Assembly (NCBI GenBank): GCA_944350065.1
Contig: CALVOD010000001.1
Location: 1-63,113 of the forward strand
Length of the DNA stretch: 63,113 nucleotides
DNA from: an uncultured Clostridia bacterium
GTDB taxonomy: Bacteria; Bacillota; Clostridia; Christensenellales; DTU072
Direction of reading: 5' to 3'
This document shows, piece by piece, positions 57,974 through 63,113 of the stretch; positions within the stretch are counted from its first letter, which is position 1; each line of letters opens with the position of its first letter. Under the pieces are notes generated by a model, which worked only from the letters and a program-made list of their open reading frames with translations, was not told the origin of the DNA and ran no database searches. Position numbers and translations under genes: made by a program.

Positions 57974-60430
57974 ATGCTGAAAGATATTGCCGCACTCGTT
58001 GCGGAGCTTACTTTGGAAGAAAAAGCGGCGCTTTGCTCGGGTATCAGCAGTTGGGAAACTACGCCTATTAAAAGAAAAGATATACCCTCGGTATTTATGG
58101 CGGACGGACCGCACGGGGTGAGGCGCGAACAGAAACAGACTTCGTTCGGCAACGTATTCATGCCCGCGATGCCCGCGACCTGTTTTCCGCCGGCGGTGAC
58201 GCTTGCGTCGTCGTGGGACACCGAGCTCGTGAAAGAAGTGGGCGTTGCGCTCGGAGAGGAAGCTCTCGATCACGACGTGCAGATTTTGTTGGGGCCCGGC
58301 GTAAATATTAAAAGAAGCCCGCTTTGCGGAAGGAATTTCGAATATTTTTCGGAGGACCCGTATCTTGCGGGAGAGCTTGCCGTAGCGTACATAGAAGGGG
58401 TGCAATCCACGGGCGTGGGCACTTCTCTGAAGCATTTTGCGGTTAACTCGCAGGAATTCAGGCGTATGACTTCGTCGAGCGAGCTGGACGAAAGGGCGAT
58501 GCGCGAAATATATTTACCCGCATTCGAGGCGGCGGTCAAACGCGCCCGTCCGTACACGGTGATGTGCTCGTACAACCGCGTGAACGGCACGCACGCAGCA
58601 GAGAACAAATATCTTCTCGACGACATTCTCCGTAAGGAATGGGGTTTCGACGGGATAGTGGTGTCCGACTGGGGCGCGGTAGCCGACCGCGTGGAAGGCA
58701 TACGCGCCGGCATGAATCTTCAGATGCCTACGGCGGACGGTATCACCGACAAGTGGATAGTGGAAGCGGTCAAGAAGGGCGAACTCGACGAAAAACGTCT
58801 TGACGAAATAGTTTCGGAAATACTGACCGTAGTATTCAAATGCGCCGAGAACGCGAAGGCGAAAGAAGGATACAAAGCGGATTTTGCGGCGCACAGGAAA
58901 CTGGCGCGCACAGCGGCGGCGCACGGCGCCGTGCTTTTGAAGAACGCGGACGGCATACTTCCGCTCGATAAGAACGCGGATATAGCCGTCGTGGGCGCGC
59001 TTGCGAAGAATTTGCGCACGCAGGGTAGCGGCAGCAGCCGTTTAAATCCCATCAAGGAGACCTCGTTTACCGATTATCTCGACGAAATCGGCAAAAAATA
59101 CGTATATGCCGACGGTTACGATTGCCTGACCGACGACACCGACGACGAGATGATCTGCGCTGCGGGCGAAGCGGCGAAAGGAAAGGACGCGGTGCTTCTT
59201 TTCATAGGGCTCACGGACGCTTTCGAGTCAGAAGCCTTCGACAGGAAACACCTTTCCGTTCCCGAGTCTCATCTCAAGGTTTTGGAGGAAGTAGCGCGTT
59301 ACAATTCCAACGTGATAGTGGTGCTCACCGGCGGTTCGCCGAGCACAATGCCTTATCTCGACAAAGTCAAAGCCGTTCTCAACGTGTACCTTACGGGCGA
59401 AGCGGGCGGCGAAGCCACTTACGACGTGCTGTTCGGCGACGTCAATCCTTCGGGTAAACTTGCAGAGACCTTCCCGCTCGCGCTTAAAGACAATCCCATG
59501 CACGAGTTTTACGAGAAGGAAAACGCCGAGTACCGCGAGAGCATATTCGTCGGATACCGCTATTACGATTCCGCCCGTAAGGAAGTTTTATTCCCGTTCG
59601 GCTACGGACTGTCGTATACGCAATTCGAATATTCCGACCTTAAACTGAGCGCCGACAAGATAGACGAAAACGACGTGCTGAAGGTTTCCTTCAGAATAAC
59701 CAACGTCGGCAAGGTTAAAGGCGCGGAAGTGGCGCAACTTTATGTTAAGGATACCGAAAGTACGCTTTTCGTTGCCGATAAAGCGCTTAAAGGCTTCGTT
59801 AAAGTGGAGCTCGAACCGGGCGAAAGCGCCGTTAAGGAACTCACGCTTTCGCGTAGAAGTTTCGCCTATTACAACGTGCTCGCGAAGGACTGGCGCGTGG
59901 AAGCGGGCGAATTCGAAATACTCGTGGGAGCTTCCTCGAGAGACATAAGGCTCGAGGGAAAGGTAAGCGTTACCGCTAAGGCGTGCGATATTCCTAACTA
60001 CCGCGCAAGCGCTCCCGCTTATTACGATATAGCTTCTTTGACGAGGTATCCGGAAGCCGATTACGAAGCGTTGCTAGGTAGGAAAGCGGAGAAATACGTT
60101 CAGCCCAAGCGCGGCGAATATACCATGCTTACCTGTATGGGACAGCTCAATCACGGCGTGATAGCGCGGCTCGTCAAGTACCTCGGACATAAGTATTCCG
60201 TGTCGTTGCTCCCCAAAGACACTCCGTATTCGCAGATCAAGATGGTTCGCGCGGGCGCTTTGGATATGCCGATACGCAACACTTACGCGATGAGTAGCGG
60301 AGCCGTCGATTATCTTATGACCTGCGGCTTGCTCGACCTCGTCAACGGCAGATTTTTCCGCGGGCTGTTCCGCCTTATAAAAGGATATTTCAAGAAGAAC
60401 GTCCATAAAAAGGATATATACGGAGGCTGA
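57974..60430 (+). CDS. glycoside hydrolase family 3 beta-glucosidase (BglX-like)
   Basis: KHFAVNSQE, the nucleophile region VVSDWGA, and a C-terminal FnIII-like domain plus an extra ~100-aa tail. AGGAGG precedes ATG 57974. Confidence 0.88.
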   Translation: MLKDIAALVAELTLEEKAALCSGISSWETTPIKRKDIPSVFMADGPHGVRREQKQTSFGNVFMPAMPATCFPPAVTLASSWDTELVKEVGVALGEEALDHDVQILLGPGVNIKRSPLCGRNFEYFSEDPYLAGELAVAYIEGVQSTGVGTSLKHFAVNSQEFRRMTSSSELDERAMREIYLPAFEAAVKRARPYTVMCSYNRVNGTHAAENKYLLDDILRKEWGFDGIVVSDWGAVADRVEGIRAGMNLQMPTADGITDKWIVEAVKKGELDEKRLDEIVSEILTVVFKCAENAKAKEGYKADFAAHRKLARTAAAHGAVLLKNADGILPLDKNADIAVVGALAKNLRTQGSGSSRLNPIKETSFTDYLDEIGKKYVYADGYDCLTDDTDDEMICAAGEAAKGKDAVLLFIGLTDAFESEAFDRKHLSVPESHLKVLEEVARYNSNVIVVLTGGSPSTMPYLDKVKAVLNVYLTGEAGGEATYDVLFGDVNPSGKLAETFPLALKDNPMHEFYEKENAEYRESIFVGYRYYDSARKEVLFPFGYGLSYTQFEYSDLKLSADKIDENDVLKVSFRITNVGKVKGAEVAQLYVKDTESTLFVADKALKGFVKVELEPGESAVKELTLSRRSFAYYNVLAKDWRVEAGEFEILVGASSRDIRLEGKVSVTAKACDIPNYRASAPAYYDIASLTRYPEADYEALLGRKAEKYVQPKRGEYTMLTCMGQLNHGVIARLVKYLGHKYSVSLLPKDTPYSQIKMVRAGALDMPIRNTYAMSSGAVDYLMTCGLLDLVNGRFFRGLFRLIKGYFKKNVHKKDIYGG

Positions 60431-60431
60431 A

Positions 60432-61004
60432 ATGCAAGAACTTGTCGCGGCGACGAATAATCCTCACAAGCTCACCGAATTCAGAAGCATACTCGGTGAT
60501 AAATTCGTTATCCGTTCTTTGAAAGACGAGGGCGTAGCCGTCGAAATAGATGAGGACGCCGACACATTTTACGGCAACGCTTATAAGAAAGCGAAGACGG
60601 TTTCGGAGCTTACGGGCAAGCCCGCGCTCGCTGACGATTCGGGACTTATGGTAGACGCGCTGGGCGGCGCTCCCGGGGTGTATTCCGCAAGATACGGCGG
60701 CGAGGACGGCAATTCCGAACTCAACCGCGCCAAACTTCTCAAAGAAATGTCTTCCGCCGAGAACAGAAAGGCGAGGTTTATTTCCTGCATCGTGCTGTAC
60801 TATCCCGACGGAAAGTCGGTATCCGCCGAAGGCATTACCGAAGGCAGTATCCTTACCGAGGAGAGGGGCGAGAACGGCTTCGGCTACGACAGTCTTTTCT
60901 ATTCCGACGATCTCGGTATGAGCTTCGGAGAAGCGGAACCCGACAGGAAGAACGAAGTCAGCCACCGCGGCAGAGCGCTCGGCGCGTTGCTCGCAAAGCT
61001 GTGA
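60432..61004 (+). CDS. rdgB: RdgB/HAM1 family non-canonical purine NTP pyrophosphatase
   Basis: ATNNPHKLTEF, DDSGL, FGYDSLF and SHRG. 190 aa. Confidence 0.9.
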   Translation: MQELVAATNNPHKLTEFRSILGDKFVIRSLKDEGVAVEIDEDADTFYGNAYKKAKTVSELTGKPALADDSGLMVDALGGAPGVYSARYGGEDGNSELNRAKLLKEMSSAENRKARFISCIVLYYPDGKSVSAEGITEGSILTEERGENGFGYDSLFYSDDLGMSFGEAEPDRKNEVSHRGRALGALLAKL

Positions 61005-61068
61005 AGCACGATACCTTGAAAATCGGCTCGCTTAACGAATAAATTAAATAAGTATAACATTTTAACCG

Positions 61069-61097
61069 TGCCCGCGTTCGTATACGCGGGCATTTTT
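61069..61097 (+). terminator. intrinsic terminator after rdgB
   Basis: Stem TGCCCGCG/CGCGGGCA with an 8-nt loop, then TTTTT. Confidence 0.8.
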
Positions 61098-61235
61098 ACG
61101 TATACGGGGCGGAAGCGTTATTATATCGTCTTATATCGGAACGTACCGATACGGGAACTCTCGTAACGGAAACCGTTTATATCATAGCTTTCAACGTATT
61201 CTCATATCCGCATACGCGCATACGGGAATTCCTTA

Positions 61236-61264
61236 TTGCATTTTGTTTTGTCATAGTTTATAAT
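61236..61264 (+). promoter_or_regulatory. promoter TTGCAT-17 nt-TATAAT for the orphan gene
   Basis: TTGCAT at 61236-61241 and TATAAT at 61259-61264. Confidence 0.6.
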
Positions 61265-61326
61265 GAATCCGTTACCGAAACCGAAGTAACTTTATTATGT
61301 AGCTACGGACGCACGGGGGAAAATCA

Positions 61327-62850
61327 ATGGATTTAAGCGTTTTTGACAAAGAACAACTCGCATTGCTTGAGGATGTAAGTAAATTTTATACGGACAGGGG
61401 ACTGCCGACCGACGAAAAAAATGCTATCATCGGTTTCGGAAAAGTTCATGATTTTTATCAGTCGTATATTTCGGTAAAGCACGGGAAAGTGATGTTTACC
61501 GCGCGTAAGGCGTATTATAAGAGTTACGGCGAGAACCGCATATCGACGGAATTTAAAGAGGAAAACAGAGAAGTCATATTCGAAGCCTTAAATAATATTT
61601 ATTCGCAATTTATTATGTGCGGCGACATTTACGCCGAAGTTTGCGGATTACTGAAGATAATGAAGGAAAATCGCCGTTCGGCAAAATCGCTTTACGAGGA
61701 GAACGAGACGACGATCGTCGCGCACGGCTATATGACGGCGGACGAAATCCTCGAACTGTGCAGGTCGGGAGTTTTAACCGAAAACGACGAGGAGGAAAAG
61801 ACTTACGGCGAGCTCGCCGCGCGCGTCACGGAAGCGTTTGCGGAAACGGTAAACAGAGTGGAGAACGTATGCGGTTACAACGGTTGCAGTAATTGGAACG
61901 GAATGCTGGCGAGGTATTACGGATTGGACGGCAGCGGCGGAGAAGGGTATCGCGAAGTAGGAGCCGCATTTGGGGTAAGTCACGAATTAGCTCGCAAAGA
62001 ATGCGCGCGCAGACAACAGGCTACAGAGGCGTATTATCGGTTGTACCCCGAGAAATTTACGGAGCTCCACCGAATTATGAACGCCGTCGAACGTGAAAAA
62101 ACGCTCGCGTTCGTTAAATTCGGTTTGTTAAGCCGTTACGGCAAGAAGGCGGCGACGTTCCTTCTGAAAACCATGTACGGCAGCGACGCCGCCGAAGCCG
62201 TCGTGAAGGCGGCGCATAGCGCGAAAATCGCGAAATCCGGATCGGCTGTCGGCGCCGTAGGAAATTATCCGCGTATTACCGAGCTCGCCCGTTTTCCCGC
62301 AGAGGCGGTTATGTACGAAGTAAGCGAATCGGAATGTGAGATTTACGATCCCGCCTCACTGCCCTCGCAACTCAGAGTAACATATTTAAGATTGGTAAAA
62401 GACGTCGACGTCTACAGCGCCGAGTACAGACCGCAGAGGGAAGCCATTACTTTGTTTTCGAAAGAGAAGCACCCGGATTTTCTCGTAACGCTGCGTTCCG
62501 GCAAACGTATATTTGTTTCCGTTACGGATACTATACAGCTTGCTTCGGAATACCGTAGCCTGTATATCAAAGAGCTTGAGCGCTATTGCGCGGAGAGGGG
62601 ATACGGATATGTGGTATGCGACGGCTACGGAAGAACGCGCGAGGATTTGGCGCGCATACCCGTTCATGCGGAAGCGGCGAAGGAGCTCGACTCGATACTC
62701 GAATCGCCGCCGTATCTTATAGACTGGCGGGAGTTAAAGAGCGTGCGCGAAAAATACGGCTTAAAGAACGTGGATATAGCGGCGTATATATTGCAAAAGG
62801 GACTTGAGATGAGGATAAAGCCTTTTTATGTGTATAAGCCGCGTGGTTGA
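61327..62850 (+). CDS. hypothetical protein: unknown N-domain + sigma-70 region-4-like HTH + TnsA/PD-(D/E)xK-like C-terminal domain with a degenerate active site
   Basis: GGGGGA RBS. YYGLDGSGGEGYREVGAAFGVSHELARKECARR resembles sigma region 4. YSAEY..HPDFLVTLRSGKRIFVSVTD..ELERYCAERGYGYVV follows the TnsA N-domain layout, with S-V-T in place of (E/Q)-x-K. Codon choice is richer in A/T endings than in the neighbours. Confidence 0.6.
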   Translation: MDLSVFDKEQLALLEDVSKFYTDRGLPTDEKNAIIGFGKVHDFYQSYISVKHGKVMFTARKAYYKSYGENRISTEFKEENREVIFEALNNIYSQFIMCGDIYAEVCGLLKIMKENRRSAKSLYEENETTIVAHGYMTADEILELCRSGVLTENDEEEKTYGELAARVTEAFAETVNRVENVCGYNGCSNWNGMLARYYGLDGSGGEGYREVGAAFGVSHELARKECARRQQATEAYYRLYPEKFTELHRIMNAVEREKTLAFVKFGLLSRYGKKAATFLLKTMYGSDAAEAVVKAAHSAKIAKSGSAVGAVGNYPRITELARFPAEAVMYEVSESECEIYDPASLPSQLRVTYLRLVKDVDVYSAEYRPQREAITLFSKEKHPDFLVTLRSGKRIFVSVTDTIQLASEYRSLYIKELERYCAERGYGYVVCDGYGRTREDLARIPVHAEAAKELDSILESPPYLIDWRELKSVREKYGLKNVDIAAYILQKGLEMRIKPFYVYKPRG

Positions 62851-62923
62851 TAACTTTTTCGCGCGGCGAAAAAGCCCGCGAAAACAAAGCGGAAAATCTC
62901 CGAAAATTTTTATCGCAAAACAG

Positions 62924-62952
62924 TTTACAAGCATAAAATAATATTGTATAAT
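62924..62952 (+). promoter_or_regulatory. tRNA-Gly promoter TTTACA-17 nt-TATAAT
   Basis: TTTACA at 62924-62929 and TATAAT at 62947-62952, 20 nt before the tRNA 5' end. Confidence 0.65.
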
Positions 62953-62972
62953 AACACAGCAATCGAAAGTTT

Positions 62973-63047
62973 GCGGGAGTGACTCAGTGGTAGAGTGTCA
63001 CCTTGCCAAGGTGAAAGTCGCGGGTCCGAATCCCGTCTCCCGCTCCA
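62973..63047 (+). tRNA. tRNA-Gly (anticodon GCC), CCA encoded
   Basis: The cloverleaf folds by hand: acceptor GCGGGAG/CTCCCGC, D arm ACTC-AGTGGTA-GAGT, anticodon arm TCACC-TTGCCAA-GGTGA, T arm GCGGG-TCCGAAT-CCCGT, discriminator T, CCA. It is close to B. subtilis tRNA-Gly(GCC). Confidence 0.9.
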
Positions 63048-63094
63048 CAAAAAGTAACGGCAGCAGAAAAGCTGCCGTTACTTTTTGTGGAGCG
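63041..63094. terminator. 24-bp perfect inverted repeat / bidirectional terminator overlapping the tRNA 3' end
   Basis: CGCTCCACAAAAAGTAACGGCAGC (63041-63064), loop AGAAAA, GCTGCCGTTACTTTTTGTGGAGCG (63071-63094). The core GC stem is flanked by an A-run and a T-run. Confidence 0.75.
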
Positions 63095-63113
63095 GACGGG
63101 ATAGCGCACCCGT

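Noticed and set aside
61098-63113. An integrated mobile element or genomic island at tRNA-Gly.
   Set aside because: There is no integrase, recombinase, transposase or direct repeat of the tRNA 3' end within the window, and the only tRNA-end copy is inverted. The locus is reported as an orphan gene and an unresolved repeat rather than as a mobile element.

Overview
This 63.1-kb window is a densely coding chromosomal segment. It reads as core genome of an endospore-forming Bacillota (Clostridia-like) organism. I call 53 CDS, 49 of them on the + strand. Many are joined by 1-4 nt stop/start overlaps (ATGA, TGATG), and codons are biased to G/C endings.

The first 17 kb reproduces the Bacillus subtilis 'ylo' cluster order: yicC-rpoZ-coaBC-priA-def-fmt-rsmB-rlmN-rsgA-rpe-[27-codon spoVM-like ORF]-rpmB(-)-asp23-dak2-recG. 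It lacks remA/gmk, prpC/prkC and thiN.

The remaining genes, in order:
- an unknown membrane-anchored protein, murG(-), an alpha/beta hydrolase and a GLUG-repeat lipoprotein
- thrS, then an L20-type leader followed by infC (ATT start)-rpmI-rplT and a TrmH methyltransferase
- yebC-proA-pfkA-PPi-type pfk-unknown membrane protein-typA-membrane-anchored DUF1508 protein
- a 2-hydroxyacid dehydrogenase, ppx/gppA, maf, a divergent MreB-like protein, pgsA, valS and minD-minE
- a SpoIVFB-like M50 protease(-), a GH36-like hydrolase and a hypothetical protein
- a type IIA topoisomerase B/A pair (ParE/ParC-like by motif), der, an aminotransferase, spoIVA, guaB(-), a GH3 beta-glucosidase and rdgB
- an AT-richer orphan gene and tRNA-Gly(GCC)

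I see no rRNA, CRISPR array, IS element, integrase, prophage or recognisable defence/toxin module, and I could not identify a convincing multi-gene novel system. The items most worth a second look are:
- the orphan 507-aa HTH plus TnsA-like protein next to tRNA-Gly
- the spoVM-like micro-ORF
- the uncharacterised single-pass membrane proteins flanking, and translationally coupled to, typA
- the MreB-like paralogue with an altered nucleotide-binding motif
- MinDE without MinC
- the tRNA-Gly T-loop and the inverted tRNA-end copy at the window edge

All calls come from reading translated motifs, gene order and promoter/terminator geometry. No database search was run.
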